From: Candidatus Eremiobacter antarcticus
Lineage (GTDB): Bacteria > Vulcanimicrobiota > Vulcanimicrobiia > Eremiobacterales > Eremiobacteraceae
NCBI GenBank assembly: GCA_003244105.1
Contig: QHBK01000017.1
Location: 6,907-70,906 of the forward strand
Direction: 5' to 3'
Length of the DNA: 64,000 nucleotides
The notes under the pieces were generated by a model. It saw nothing but the letters and a program-made list of their open reading frames with translations. It was not told where the DNA came from and did not search any database. The position numbers were made by a program, and so were the translations under genes. Shown piece after piece: positions 45,607 to 56,316 of this stretch. Within the stretch, counting starts at the first letter, position 1, and each line of letters starts with the position of its first letter.

Positions 45607-46776
45607 ATGCGGCCCGTGCGCAAACAGCCCCAGCCCAAGAATACCGCGCGCGAGCTTGCCATTCTCAACGCGATCGCGGAAGAGCTCAACAGCGCCGCTG
45701 GCGTCCGTCAGGCTCTGGAACGGACGCTAGCGCGCGTGACCAAGCTCTTGGGGTTGCGCGCAGGCTGGGTCTGGCTGCTCGACCACGAGACGCAAGCGTT
45801 CTATCACGCCGCGTCGCAGCACTTGCCGCCGTATTTGGAAGAGCCGGTCCGCATGGCCGGCAGCTGGTGCACCTGCATCGACGAGTTCAGGGCTGGAGCG
45901 CTCACGCCCAAGAACATCGACGTCATCGAGTGCAGCCGTCTGCAACCCGCGGTCAAGAGAAAAGCCACGCACCTCACGCAAGGGCTGCGCTATCACGCCA
46001 GCATTCCTTTGTATTCTCAAGACAAGCCGGTCGGCATCATGAACGTCACCGGGCCGGCGTGGCGCAAACTGTCGGCTGACGAGCTGCGCGTGCTGTCGAC
46101 GATCGGCTACTATGTCGGCGTGACCGTGGAGCGCGCGAGGCTGTCTGCCGACGCTGCCAAAGCCGCACGGTCCGAAGAACGCGCGCGCATCGCCCGCGAG
46201 ATCCATGACACGCTCGCTCAAGGCTTGACCGCAATCGCGTTGCAAGTCGAAGGCGCCTTGCACCAGCTGAAAGCGGATCCCGAAAAGGCGCGCCACCGGC
46301 TGGAGCGCGCTTTGGCGGTGTCGCGTGAGAGCTTGGAAGAAGCTCGCCGGTCGGTGCTGGGATTGCGCGGTTCGCCGCTGGGCGGCCAACCGTTGGCGGA
46401 GGCGCTGAGCGGCCTTGGCCGATCGTTCACTTCAGAGACCGGAGTGCGCGTGAACGTCCTTGCTCGCGGCCGGGCAGCCTTGCCTCCCGAGGTAGAGGCC
46501 GAGTTGTTCCGCATCGCGGGCGAGGCGCTGGCCAACGTTCGCAAGCACGCGCGCGCGAAATCCGTAGCGATATCGCTGCGTGCAGGACCGAAGGCTGTGA
46601 CCATGTCGCTTGCCGATGACGGGCGGGGCATTGCCATGCCGCGCCGCTCGTCACCCGGGCACGGCATCGTGGGGATGACCGAGCGCGCTCGTCTGGTGGG
46701 CGGAGCGCTGCGCATACAATCGCGCGCGGGAAAGGGGACGCGGGTGCACGTGACCGTGCCGCTCGACGGCGCATGA
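45607..46776 (+). CDS. sensor histidine kinase with GAF sensory domain and NarL-type (HisKA_3) dimerisation/phosphoacceptor plus HATPase_c
   Basis: GAF-like N-terminal half (LGLRAGWVWLLDHE...YHASIPLYSQDKPVGIMNV), H-box ERARIAREIHDTLAQGL, and ATPase G-boxes (DDGRGI, GHGIVGMTERA). Confidence 0.85.
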   Translation: MRPVRKQPQPKNTARELAILNAIAEELNSAAGVRQALERTLARVTKLLGLRAGWVWLLDHETQAFYHAASQHLPPYLEEPVRMAGSWCTCIDEFRAGALTPKNIDVIECSRLQPAVKRKATHLTQGLRYHASIPLYSQDKPVGIMNVTGPAWRKLSADELRVLSTIGYYVGVTVERARLSADAAKAARSEERARIAREIHDTLAQGLTAIALQVEGALHQLKADPEKARHRLERALAVSRESLEEARRSVLGLRGSPLGGQPLAEALSGLGRSFTSETGVRVNVLARGRAALPPEVEAELFRIAGEALANVRKHARAKSVAISLRAGPKAVTMSLADDGRGIAMPRRSSPGHGIVGMTERARLVGGALRIQSRAGKGTRVHVTVPLDGA

Positions 46777-47390
46777 TCCGCATCGTCATCGTCGACGATC
46801 ATCCGGTCGTGCGGGAAGGCTTGATCTCGATCCTCGAGGACGAACCGGATTTTGAGGTGACCGGCGCTTTCGGCTCGGCCGAGGACATGCTGGCAGATGC
46901 GACGGCGCTGGCGGCGGATGTCGTTTTGATGGATCTCGAGCTTCCCGACATGGACGGCGTCCAGGCCATCGACCGCCTCAAGGTTGCGTCGCCGAAGGCC
47001 AGAGTGATCGTCTTCACCGCCTACGACGCCGGCGAGAAGATACTGGGAGCGGTCAAGGCCGGAGCTCGCGGCTACATGCTCAAGGGGGCGCCGTCGCAAG
47101 AGATCACGCACGCCATACGCCAGGTGCACGCCGGCGGGTCGCATCTCGAAACGCGCATCGCGAGCAAGATCATGAGCGCCGCTGCGGGTTCTGCGAATGA
47201 CGACCTGAGCCGGCGCGAGTCCGAAGTGCTCAAGCTTATCGGAAAGGGCCTCTCCAACAAACAGATCGCCAGCAGCTTGTCGATCGCCGAACGGACGGTC
47301 AAGTTCCACGTCGCTTCCATCTTCAGGAAGCTCGGCGCGGAGAACAGGGCGCAGGCGGTCGCCCTGGCGAGCCGTGAGCACCTCATCTGA
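46773..47390 (+). CDS. response regulator, NarL/LuxR family
   Basis: Receiver domain IRIVIVDDHPVVREG...VLMDLELPDMDG and C-terminal LuxR HTH LSRRESEVLKLIGKGLSNKQIASSLSIAERTVKFHVASIFRKL. Overlaps the kinase stop (ATGA). Confidence 0.9.
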   Translation: MIRIVIVDDHPVVREGLISILEDEPDFEVTGAFGSAEDMLADATALAADVVLMDLELPDMDGVQAIDRLKVASPKARVIVFTAYDAGEKILGAVKAGARGYMLKGAPSQEITHAIRQVHAGGSHLETRIASKIMSAAAGSANDDLSRRESEVLKLIGKGLSNKQIASSLSIAERTVKFHVASIFRKLGAENRAQAVALASREHLI

Positions 47391-47501
47391 AGCGTCTTTC
47401 GCGGTAGAACTGTCCGAAAGGACAGGCCGTGGCCGGCCCAAGCGGACGGCGCGCTATGCTCGCGTTTGACGGACAATAGAGCCAGCACGAGGAGAACATC
47501 G

Positions 47502-48260
47502 ATGGATTTGCAGGGCAAAGTAGCTTTGATCACCGGAGCGTCACGCGGACTGGGGCTTGAGATCGCCAAGGCGTATGCAAAGCGCGGCGCGCGCTTGATG
47601 ATCACGGCGCGAACCAGCGCCGACCTGGAGCGCGCGGCGGCTGAGATTCGGACATCTTCCCGAGGCGACGGCGCGGCGCGCGAGCCGCTCATCGAAGCGC
47701 TTGCCGGCGACGTGGCGGATTCATCTCACGCCCGTCGGCTCATCGACACCACGGTGCGCGCATTCGGGCGTCTTGATATCCTTATCAACAACGCCTCGGA
47801 GCTTGGGCCAAGCCCGATGCCGTCGCTCGAACAGTTGCCGATCGACGACTACCACAGAATCCTGGATGTCAACGCGGTCGCTCCCTTGCAGTTGACGCAG
47901 TTCGCATTGCCGCACTTGAAAGCTGCCGGCGAAGCATTCGTGATCAACGTGAGCTCCGATGCAGGCGTGCAGGCATATCCCGGCTGGGGTGGTTATGGGT
48001 CGAGCAAGGCCGCGCTCGAGCACTGGTCGCGCATACTGGCTGCCGAGCTCGACGGCTCAGGCGTCAGAATTCTGGTCGTGGATCCCGGCGACATGAACAC
48101 CGAGATGCATCGTCAAGCCGAGCCGGGAGTCGACCTCGCGCATCTGCCGGGACCGGAGCGCGTCGCGCGCGCCTTCGTGCGTTTCGTCGAAGATGTGAGG
48201 GAGCCGTTCGCGCGCTTGGAGGCGCAAAAGCCGCTTTTCGCCGCCGTCGGAGCATCATGA
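47502..48260 (+). CDS. short-chain dehydrogenase/reductase (SDR)
   Basis: TGASRGLG Rossmann motif, NNAS, and catalytic YxxxK context (SSKAA). AGGAG lies before ATG 47502. Confidence 0.85.
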   Translation: MDLQGKVALITGASRGLGLEIAKAYAKRGARLMITARTSADLERAAAEIRTSSRGDGAAREPLIEALAGDVADSSHARRLIDTTVRAFGRLDILINNASELGPSPMPSLEQLPIDDYHRILDVNAVAPLQLTQFALPHLKAAGEAFVINVSSDAGVQAYPGWGGYGSSKAALEHWSRILAAELDGSGVRILVVDPGDMNTEMHRQAEPGVDLAHLPGPERVARAFVRFVEDVREPFARLEAQKPLFAAVGAS

Positions 48261-49282
48261 TCGAAGTCGCCCAAACGCTCGAGTTTGCGCTTCCCCCTGA
48301 GCTGGAAGCGCACGAGCCGCCGGAAGCGCGCGGCATCGCTCGTGACGGCGTAGGGATGTTGGTTTCCGGCGCTCGCCGCGGAAGCAACGCTCACGCGAGC
48401 TTCCATGATCTGCCCGACTTCTTGGAGCCGGGCGACGTGCTCGTCGTCAACACGTCTGCCACCTTGCCGGCGGCGCTTGAGGCCACGAGCAGAAGCGGCC
48501 AGCGCATCGGCTTGCACGTTTCCACGCGATTGGCGGCCGGCTTGACGGTCGTGGAACCTCGCAACACCGCCGTCATCGAAGGAGATGTGCTGTCGCTCGC
48601 AGCCGGCGGAACCGTGAGGCTGCTGAGTCCGTATAAGGCGTCGCAGCGGCTGTGGATCGCGGCCTTCGATCTACCGGAGCCCCTGCTGACTTTTTTGGCG
48701 CATCACGGCAGCCCGATTCAATACCCCTACGTCCGGGCCAAGTGGCCGCTCGAAGTATATCAGACGATCTTCGCTTTGCATCCCGGCTCGGCGGAGATGC
48801 CGTCGGCCGGGAGACCGTTCACCGCTCGCGTCGTAGAACGGCTCGTGAAAAAGGGAATCACGATAGTTCCGCTTCTTCTTCACTGTGGCGTCGCGAGTTT
48901 GGAACGCGATGAGCCGCCGTACAGCGAGTACTTCGATGTCTCCGAGACGACCGTCGCTGCGGTTGAGCAAGCGCGGTCGCAGCATCGGCACGTCGTCGCC
49001 GTCGGCACCACGGCCGCGCGCGCATTGGAAAGCTGTTTCGATGAGCGCGGCAGACTGGTCGCGTCGCGCGGTTGGACCGATCACCTCATCACACCCGACG
49101 TCGGCATCAGATCGTTCGATGCGCTTCTCACGGGGTTTCACGAAACGCGCTCCTCGCATCTCGCGATCCTTCAGGCACTGCTCGGCCGCTCGGGCGTCGC
49201 CACAGCGTACGAAGCCGCGTTGGCTCACGGCTACCTGTGGCACGAGTTCGGCGACGTCCATCTGATCCAGCAAAACCGCTAA
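48257..49282 (+). CDS. divergent QueA-like protein (S-adenosylmethionine:tRNA ribosyltransferase-isomerase family paralog)
   Basis: Colinear with QueA over 341 aa but diverged at conserved blocks: LVVNTSATLPAAL (QueA LVFNNTRVIPARL), VVAVGTTAARALES, LLTGFHETRSSHLAIL, YLWHEFGDVHLI. Start overlaps the SDR stop (ATGA). Confidence 0.7.
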   Translation: MIEVAQTLEFALPPELEAHEPPEARGIARDGVGMLVSGARRGSNAHASFHDLPDFLEPGDVLVVNTSATLPAALEATSRSGQRIGLHVSTRLAAGLTVVEPRNTAVIEGDVLSLAAGGTVRLLSPYKASQRLWIAAFDLPEPLLTFLAHHGSPIQYPYVRAKWPLEVYQTIFALHPGSAEMPSAGRPFTARVVERLVKKGITIVPLLLHCGVASLERDEPPYSEYFDVSETTVAAVEQARSQHRHVVAVGTTAARALESCFDERGRLVASRGWTDHLITPDVGIRSFDALLTGFHETRSSHLAILQALLGRSGVATAYEAALAHGYLWHEFGDVHLIQQNR

Positions 49283-49396
49283 CCGCCGCGCCGCACGCCG
49301 CGGCTGCGCCATCCGAGCGTCTCTTGGTCAAGGGCGGCCTTGCATCCGGCGCGAAACAAGACGGCCCCAACACACGGTCCAAGGAGACCCTCTCTT

Positions 49397-50551
49397 ATGC
49401 TTGCACCTGAACGCAGCCCAGAGATGCTCGAAGCCGAGCAGATGATTCTGGACACCGTGCGGCAACTGGTGCACGAGAAAGTCGCGCCGCGCGCAGCCGA
49501 GATCGACGAAACGGGCGAGTACCCGCGCGATCTGTGCGAGCTGTTCGCGAAGAACGATCTGCTCGGAATTCCTTTCCCGGAAGAGTACGGCGGCCTGGGC
49601 AGCTTCGTCACCTATGTCAAAGTGGTGGAAGAAGTCGCCAAAGCGTGCGCGACGTCTTCGCTTATCATCGCCGTGCAGGAGCTGGGCGCGTTGCCCATCA
49701 TGATAGCCGGCAACGAAGCGCAAAAGCAGAAGTATTTGCCCAAGCTTGCGACCGGCGACCTGATGACGTCGTACGCTTTGACGGAGCCGACGTCTGGTTC
49801 TGATGCCGCCAACATGCGCACGACGGCTGTTCGCGAGGGTGGCGAGTACGTGCTCAACGGCACGAAAGTGTTCATCACGAACGTCGCGGTCGCAGATCTG
49901 TGTATCGTGTTCGCTGTGACGGACAAGGACTTGGGTCCCAAGGGGACGTCGGCGTTCATCTGCCACACCGATGACCCCGGCTTTACACTCGGCAAGGTCG
50001 AGCACAAGATGGGCATCCGCGGTTCGCCGACCAACGAGGTCGTGCTCAACAACTGCCGCATCCCGGCGGATCGACTGCTTGGCCGCGAGGGTGAAGGCTT
50101 TCGCATAGCCATGGCCACCCTCGACAAGTCCCGTCCCGGCATAGCTGCGCAAGCGCTCGGGATCGCGCAGGGCGCTTTGGAATTTGCCGCAACCTACCTC
50201 AAGGAGCGCGTCGCCTTCGGCAAGCCGCTCTCCAAGCAACAGGGCCTGCAATGGATGATTGCCGACATGGACCTGGAGACGCAGGCGGCCCGGCTTCTGC
50301 TCTACGAAGCGGCTCGCAAATGCGACTTGGGCGCCGATGATGTTACATATTGGGGAGCGCTGTGCAAGCTGAAGTGCGGGGACGTCGCCATGAAGGTTAC
50401 CACCGATGCCGTCCAACTGCTCGGCGGATACGGCTACATGACGGAGTACCCCGTCGAGCGCATGATGCGCGACGCGAAGATCACCCAGATCTACGAGGGC
50501 ACGCAGCAGATCCAGCGCATCGTCATCGCGCGCCGGCTCCTCGGCAAATAA
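49397..50551 (+). CDS. acyl-CoA dehydrogenase
   Basis: ACAD N-terminal, middle beta-barrel ([19 protein letters not shown]) and C-terminal helical domains; the catalytic Glu context YEGTQQIQ is present. Confidence 0.9.
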   Translation: MLAPERSPEMLEAEQMILDTVRQLVHEKVAPRAAEIDETGEYPRDLCELFAKNDLLGIPFPEEYGGLGSFVTYVKVVEEVAKACATSSLIIAVQELGALPIMIAGNEAQKQKYLPKLATGDLMTSYALTEPTSGSDAANMRTTAVREGGEYVLNGTKVFITNVAVADLCIVFAVTDKDLGPKGTSAFICHTDDPGFTLGKVEHKMGIRGSPTNEVVLNNCRIPADRLLGREGEGFRIAMATLDKSRPGIAAQALGIAQGALEFAATYLKERVAFGKPLSKQQGLQWMIADMDLETQAARLLLYEAARKCDLGADDVTYWGALCKLKCGDVAMKVTTDAVQLLGGYGYMTEYPVERMMRDAKITQIYEGTQQIQRIVIARRLLGK

Positions 50552-50573
50552 CCACTCACAAGGGGCGTTCACA

Positions 50574-52856
50574 TTGACGGTGGTTCATAATCTCGGTTTT
50601 CCACGCATCGGCGCCAGGCGCGAGTTGAAGCGAGCGCTGGAGTCATATTGGAAGGGCGACATCGACGAGACCGCGCTCTGCGAGGTGGGCAGGGACTTGC
50701 GCCGGCGGCACTGGGAGATCCAGCGCGATGCCGGCCTCGATCTCGTCCCCGTCGGTGACTTCTCGTTTTACGATCAGATGCTGGACACGACCGCCATGGT
50801 CGGCGCAGTCCCTGCGCGCTATGGATTCTCCGGTGGCAGCGTCGATTTTGCGACGTACTTCGCGATGGCGCGCGGCAGCGATGCGCTGCCCGCGATGGAG
50901 ATGACCAAGTGGTTCGACACGAACTATCACTACATCGTTCCGGAATTCGACGCAGCGATGGCATTCGAGCTGCGCAGCACCAAGGTGATCGAGCATGCGA
51001 AGGAAGCGCTTGCGCTGGGCATTCTTGCCAAGCCCGTGCTCATCGGACCGATCACCTACCTTTGGCTCGGCAAAGAGCGTAGCCACAACGGGCGTGCGTT
51101 TTCGCGCCTCGATCTGCTGGAGCGTCTGCTGCCCGTCTATCAGGAGACGCTGAAACGGTTGAGAGATCTCGGCGTGCGCTGGGTCCAGCTCGATGAACCT
51201 GCGCTCGTCATGGACTTGCCGAAGAATTGGATGAGCGGGCTGCAGCGAGCGTACGAGGCTCTCTCGCAGAGCGGACTCGACATTCTGCTTGCGACCTATT
51301 TCGAATCTGTTGAAGACCGCGTGTCGGCGCTTGAATCGCTACCAGTGTCCGGCATCCATCTTGATCTGGTACGAGCACCGAGCCAGCTGTCAGCGTTTCT
51401 TTCGCGTCACCCCAAGGGCCGGGCGCTATCGCTCGGAGTCGTTGACGGAAGAAACATCTGGAAGACCGACCTTTCCAAGGCTTTGAGCGTCCTGGAAGAG
51501 GCGCGCTCCAAAGTCGACGATGTCTGGATCGCTCCCTCGTGCAGCTTGCTGCATTCCCCGGTGGACCTGCAGCTTGAGACCAAGCTCGATCCAGAGTTGA
51601 AGTCTTGGATGGCGTTCTCGGTCCAGAAGCTGCACGAACTTTCGGTGTTGAAGCAGGGCCTCGAGCATGGCCGCGATGCGATTGCGGGCGCCTTGCGCGA
51701 TTCCGACGACGTGCAAAGCCGCCGCGCCACCTCGGAGCGCATTCACAGCGCCGACGTGAAAAAGCGTCTCGATGCGTTAACGAAGGCTGATGCGGCACGC
51801 CACAGCAAGTTCGCCAAGCGCCAGAGCAAACAGCGCGACGAGCTGCGCCTTCCGCCCTTCCCCACCACCACCATCGGCAGTTTCCCCCAGACCACCGCGA
51901 TACGAGACGCGCGCGCAAAGTACAAGAAGGGCGAGTTGGACGCCGCGGGCTACGAGCAGACGATCAGAGGCGAGATCGAACACGCAGTGCGACAACAAGA
52001 GCGCCTGGGCTTAGACGTTCTGGTGCACGGGGAAGCTGAGCGCAACGACATGGTGGAGTATTTCGGCGAGCAGCTGTCCGGATTTGCCTTCACCCAAAAC
52101 GGCTGGGTGCAAAGTTATGGCTCGCGGTACGTCAAGCCGCCCATCATCTTCGGCGACGTGAAGCGCAGCGCACCGATGACGGTTTCGTGGATCCAGTACG
52201 CGCAGTCGCTCACCAACAAGCCGTTGAAGGGGATGCTCACCGGTCCGGTCACCATTCTGCAATGGTCATTCGTGCGCGACGATCAGCCGCGCTCCCAAAC
52301 CGCGACCCAGATCGCGCTCGCCATTCGGGATGAAGTCGTCGATCTTGAGCGCGCCGGCATTCGGATCATCCAAATCGACGAGCCCGCGTTCCGGGAAGGA
52401 CTGCCGCTTAAGCGCAAGGACTGGGACGAGTACATCAAGTGGGCGGCGGGTGCGTTTCGCATCGCATCGTCCGGCGTCACGGACTCCACCCAGATCCACA
52501 CCCATATGTGCTATGCAGAGTTCAACGATATTTTCGACGTACTCGCCCTGCTGGACGCCGACGTGATCACGATCGAGTCGTCACGTTCGGGCATGGAGCT
52601 GCTCGACGCGTTCCGTAAATTCAGTTATCCGAACGAGATCGGACCGGGAGTCTACGACATCCACTCGCCACGCGTGCCGAGCACAGACGAGATGCATTCA
52701 CTTTTGGAAAAGGCCGCTGGCTTTCTCGCGGCGGACCAGCTCTGGGTGAATCCCGACTGCGGTCTGAAGACGCGCCGCTGGGAAGAGGTCACACCGGCCT
52801 TGCGCAACATGGTGGACGCCGCCAAGCGCATGCGCAACAAACTCCCTGCGAGCTAA
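50574..52856 (+). CDS. metE: cobalamin-independent methionine synthase (5-methyltetrahydropteroyltriglutamate--homocysteine methyltransferase)
   Basis: 760 aa; [29 protein letters not shown]-terminus, double UroD-like barrels, zinc-ligand region HTHMCYAEF...DCGLK. TTG start with AAGGGG 8 nt upstream. Confidence 0.95.
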   Translation: MTVVHNLGFPRIGARRELKRALESYWKGDIDETALCEVGRDLRRRHWEIQRDAGLDLVPVGDFSFYDQMLDTTAMVGAVPARYGFSGGSVDFATYFAMARGSDALPAMEMTKWFDTNYHYIVPEFDAAMAFELRSTKVIEHAKEALALGILAKPVLIGPITYLWLGKERSHNGRAFSRLDLLERLLPVYQETLKRLRDLGVRWVQLDEPALVMDLPKNWMSGLQRAYEALSQSGLDILLATYFESVEDRVSALESLPVSGIHLDLVRAPSQLSAFLSRHPKGRALSLGVVDGRNIWKTDLSKALSVLEEARSKVDDVWIAPSCSLLHSPVDLQLETKLDPELKSWMAFSVQKLHELSVLKQGLEHGRDAIAGALRDSDDVQSRRATSERIHSADVKKRLDALTKADAARHSKFAKRQSKQRDELRLPPFPTTTIGSFPQTTAIRDARAKYKKGELDAAGYEQTIRGEIEHAVRQQERLGLDVLVHGEAERNDMVEYFGEQLSGFAFTQNGWVQSYGSRYVKPPIIFGDVKRSAPMTVSWIQYAQSLTNKPLKGMLTGPVTILQWSFVRDDQPRSQTATQIALAIRDEVVDLERAGIRIIQIDEPAFREGLPLKRKDWDEYIKWAAGAFRIASSGVTDSTQIHTHMCYAEFNDIFDVLALLDADVITIESSRSGMELLDAFRKFSYPNEIGPGVYDIHSPRVPSTDEMHSLLEKAAGFLAADQLWVNPDCGLKTRRWEEVTPALRNMVDAAKRMRNKLPAS

Positions 52857-52880
52857 AATCGCCTGAGCGCCAGGTGTCCG

Positions 52881-54833
52881 TCAGCGGGCGTTGTCGATCG
52901 CTTCGAGCGATGCCGGGTTCTCGAGCGCCGAGAGGTCGCCGAGGTTCTCGAGCTTTAAATAGCGGGCGCGCGCGACTCGACGCATGAGCTTCGCATTGCG
53001 CGTGCGCGGCAGATCATCGACAAATCGTATCGCCTTCGCTGCCAGCGCTTTGCCGAGGCTTGCGATCACGGCTTTCTTCAGTTCACCACGCAGCGCGTCG
53101 CTCGCCTCGAACCCCGGCCGAAGGACGGCCAAACACACGACCGCATCGCCTTTGATCTCATCAGGCACGGCGATCGCCGCGGCCTCGCGGACGGCGCCGT
53201 GGCCGACGAGCGCACTCTCGTACTCGGCGGGTCCGACCCGCTTTCCGGCGACGTTGATCGTATCGTCGGAACGGCCGTGTATGTACCAAAAACCGTCGGC
53301 AGAAACGCTGGCCCAGTCGCCGTGGACCCAAACGCCGGGCAAACGCGACCAGTACGTCTGCAGATAGCGTTCGTCGTCATGCCAAAAGCCTAGCGTCATG
53401 CCGGGCCACGGTTGCCTGAGCACGAGCTCGCCCACTTCATTTCGAACCGAATTGCCCTCCCCATCCACGACATCGGCATCCATCCCGGGCACGGGTCCGT
53501 GGAAAGCACACGGCACGAGCGGCTCCGTCGGCACGCAGCCCAAAATGCCGCCGCTGATCTCCGTTCCGCCTGAATAGTTGATGATCGGCAGCTTGCCGCC
53601 GCCGACGGCAGAGGAGAACCACTTGTACGGTTCGGGATTCCAAGCTTCGCCGGTCGACCCCAAGATCCGCAACGACGACAGGTCGTGGCGGCGCGGCTCC
53701 TCTTCGCCGTGCGTCATCAGCGAGCGGATCGCCGTTGGCGCGATTCCCAGGTGCGTCACTTTATGACGAGCGCAGACTTCCCACAGCCTGTCCGGCTTGG
53801 GATAATCCGGCGTGCCGTCGTACAGCACGATCGTCGCGCCCAGCCCAAGCGCGCCCAGCACGAGGAAGGGGCCCATCATCCATCCCATGTCGGTGAACCA
53901 CAACATGCGGTCGCCCGGCTTGACGTCGAAGCACAGATACTGATCGATCTGAACCTTCACCGGAAAGCCCGCGTGGCCGTGCACTGCGCCTTTGGGCTTT
54001 CCAGTCGAGCCGGAAGTGTACAGGAGCAGATAGGGGTCGTTCGCGCCGGTGCGCTCGCATTTTATGGATTCCGGCTGGCCGCGCACGCCTTCAGTCCAAT
54101 CCAAGGTCGACCCATTGCTCTTCATTGAACCGGCAGCGCGCCGCACGCTGATCACCTGCCGCAGATCCGGGAGGCCGGCGACCGCGGGATCGACGACGGC
54201 TTGCATGTCGACGAACTTGCCGCGCCGATACGCACCGTCGGCAGTCAACAGAACTTTGACTCGCGCATCAGCCAGACGCGTCGTGAGCGCCTGCGCGCCG
54301 TAGCCGGAGAATGCCGGCACGGCGATGGCCCCGATGCGGCCGATCGCCAGCAGCGCGATGGCCGCCTCCGGCACGAGCGGCATGAAGATGCCGACGGTGT
54401 CGTCTTTGGTGACGCCGCAGGCTCGCAGCAGGTTGGCCAGCTTGCAAACTTCGGCGAGAAGCTCCTGAAAAGTCAGCGTGCGCGAAGCGCCGTCTTCTGC
54501 TTCCCAGACGATCGCGTCGGCGGCTCCGCGACCCGACTCTACATGACGGTCGACGCAATTGTAGCACGCGTTGTATTCGGCTCCCGCGAACCAGCGTGCG
54601 AACGGCACGCCTCGCGAAAGATCCAGCACCCGCTCGTACGGCTTGAACCAGCTGAGGTGGATCTCGCGCACGAGGCGATCGTAAAAGCCGGCGATGTCAG
54701 CACGTGCGAAATCCCACAACCCTTGAAGATGCGCAACACCGACAGCACGCATGAAATGCGTGATGTTGGCGCGCTCGATCACCTCAGGGCTAGGCTGCCA
54801 GACGAATGCCTCGCCGATCTTCGCGATCGACAT
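52881..54833 (-). CDS. acs: acetyl-CoA synthetase (AMP-forming)
   Basis: 650 aa; N-terminal Acs-specific domain, AMP-binding motif YTSGSTGKPKG, and C-terminal lid domain. Confidence 0.92.
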   Translation of the reverse strand: MSIAKIGEAFVWQPSPEVIERANITHFMRAVGVAHLQGLWDFARADIAGFYDRLVREIHLSWFKPYERVLDLSRGVPFARWFAGAEYNACYNCVDRHVESGRGAADAIVWEAEDGASRTLTFQELLAEVCKLANLLRACGVTKDDTVGIFMPLVPEAAIALLAIGRIGAIAVPAFSGYGAQALTTRLADARVKVLLTADGAYRRGKFVDMQAVVDPAVAGLPDLRQVISVRRAAGSMKSNGSTLDWTEGVRGQPESIKCERTGANDPYLLLYTSGSTGKPKGAVHGHAGFPVKVQIDQYLCFDVKPGDRMLWFTDMGWMMGPFLVLGALGLGATIVLYDGTPDYPKPDRLWEVCARHKVTHLGIAPTAIRSLMTHGEEEPRRHDLSSLRILGSTGEAWNPEPYKWFSSAVGGGKLPIINYSGGTEISGGILGCVPTEPLVPCAFHGPVPGMDADVVDGEGNSVRNEVGELVLRQPWPGMTLGFWHDDERYLQTYWSRLPGVWVHGDWASVSADGFWYIHGRSDDTINVAGKRVGPAEYESALVGHGAVREAAAIAVPDEIKGDAVVCLAVLRPGFEASDALRGELKKAVIASLGKALAAKAIRFVDDLPRTRNAKLMRRVARARYLKLENLGDLSALENPASLEAIDNAR

Positions 54834-54848
54834 CGCGCGATGCGAAGG

Positions 54849-56249
54849 CTAGTGCGGCGTGCCCTGGCTCGTCGATGCGGGCGACTTGACGTCGTCCGGG
54901 CCGCCGGCGCTTATCTTGTCTTGGACATACGAGACCGCGCGGCGAAGCTGCGTGTCCACGTCGAGCTTGCCGAAGTCGCCCGCTTTGACGTCGCCGACGG
55001 TGATGTCCGGCTGTATGCCGACCGTGTTGATGTCGCGGCCGCTGGGCGTCAGATACCGTGCGGTCGTGATCTTGATCGCGCTGCCGTCGGGCAACGGATA
55101 GATGGTCTGCACGACACCCTTCCCGAACGTACGCGTGCCGATCAGCACGCCCGCGCCCGAATCCTGAATGGCCCCGGAGGCGATCTCAGACGCGCTGGCC
55201 GTGAAACCGTTCACGAGCACGGCGAGCGGCTTGGGAGCGATAGCGGTGTTCTCGGCGTCGAAAGTCGTCAGCGGCTTGGTGCGGCTGTCGATGGAGACGA
55301 TGGGCCCCTCAGGGATGAACAGCGACGAGACCTCAACGGCTGCGTTGAGATAGCCGCCGCCGTTGTTGCGCAGGTCGAGCACAACGCCTTTGACGCCTTG
55401 CTTGTTCAAGCGCTGCATGGCGTTGGCGAGCTCTTGGCCCGTGTCTCGCCCGAAAACCAACACCTGGATGTAGCCGATGTCGTTGTCAACGGTCTTGCTC
55501 AACACGCTTGGTGTATGAATCGTTTCCCGCGTGATGCTGATCATCACGGGCTTGGGATCGGTCCCACGCTTGACGCTGAGCTGAACGACGGTGCCGGCCT
55601 TGCCGCGGATCAATCCGCTGTCTTGCTCGGTCGTTAACCCTTGCGTCGGTTTTTGGTCGACCGACGTTACGATGTCGCCCGGCTTAACGCCGGCTCGCTC
55701 CGCGGGGCCGCCGTCGATCGTTCGCACGACCAGCAGCGATTTCGATACTGGATCGACGTCGATGATGATGCCGATGCCGGCGAAGTTGCCGCCGTCCAGG
55801 CCCTCGTTGAGGCTCTTATAGTCTTTGGGGCTCAAAAACGTTGACCAGCGATCGTGCAGGGATTCCAACAGTCCTGAGATCGCGCCGTACGCGAGGGTCC
55901 GCTCGCCGATCTGCTGACCGAAGGTTTTGTCCGCCAGCGCAAGCTCGCGGTTGAGTGCTGCCATGTCGGCGGCCTGATTGCCCGCTTGGTGAAGCGCCGG
56001 CAGTTTGCTCGGATCTCCGCCTTTGCTCTTCACCACAGCCCGCATGCCTGCGACCGCGCCGTCCAGCAGCGTCTGATCGTCTGTCCGCTTGTAGAACTCT
56101 ACGGAGGCTCGCGTGAACGTGTAGTCCAGCATCGAGCGTCCCATGTCGTCGGCTGCACGCGCCGGCGGCGGTGCGATGAGGCCGGACATCAGCGCGAATG
56201 CCAGCGCGGCCGGTGCAAGTCTGGCGGCGAACAGTTTTCTCAAAGACAT
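54849..56249 (-). CDS. carboxyl-terminal processing protease (S41 family, CtpA-like) with PDZ domain, paralog 1
   Basis: PDZ (VVRTIDGGPAERAGVKPGDIVTSVDQKP), S41 catalytic region LDLRNNGGGYLNAAVEV...GASASEI...GKG. Start taken at ATG 56249 (MSLRKLFAARLAPAALAF signal peptide). Confidence 0.88.
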   Translation of the reverse strand: MSLRKLFAARLAPAALAFALMSGLIAPPPARAADDMGRSMLDYTFTRASVEFYKRTDDQTLLDGAVAGMRAVVKSKGGDPSKLPALHQAGNQAADMAALNRELALADKTFGQQIGERTLAYGAISGLLESLHDRWSTFLSPKDYKSLNEGLDGGNFAGIGIIIDVDPVSKSLLVVRTIDGGPAERAGVKPGDIVTSVDQKPTQGLTTEQDSGLIRGKAGTVVQLSVKRGTDPKPVMISITRETIHTPSVLSKTVDNDIGYIQVLVFGRDTGQELANAMQRLNKQGVKGVVLDLRNNGGGYLNAAVEVSSLFIPEGPIVSIDSRTKPLTTFDAENTAIAPKPLAVLVNGFTASASEIASGAIQDSGAGVLIGTRTFGKGVVQTIYPLPDGSAIKITTARYLTPSGRDINTVGIQPDITVGDVKAGDFGKLDVDTQLRRAVSYVQDKISAGGPDDVKSPASTSQGTPH

Positions 56250-56316
56250 GGTTACGGCTTTACCTTTGCTTGGTGCGGACAGTGTGGGCGATTTCGCTGT
56301 ACTTCCAGTCAACGTT

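Noticed and set aside
47410-47425. Hairpin CTGTCC-gaaa-GGACAG after the response-regulator gene
   Set aside because: Short stem with no following U-tract; cannot be called a terminator with confidence.
54201-55637. 478-aa plus-strand ORF antisense to ctpA and acs
   Set aside because: Shadow ORF; Arg/Asp/Ala-rich and without motifs, opposite clearly conserved genes.
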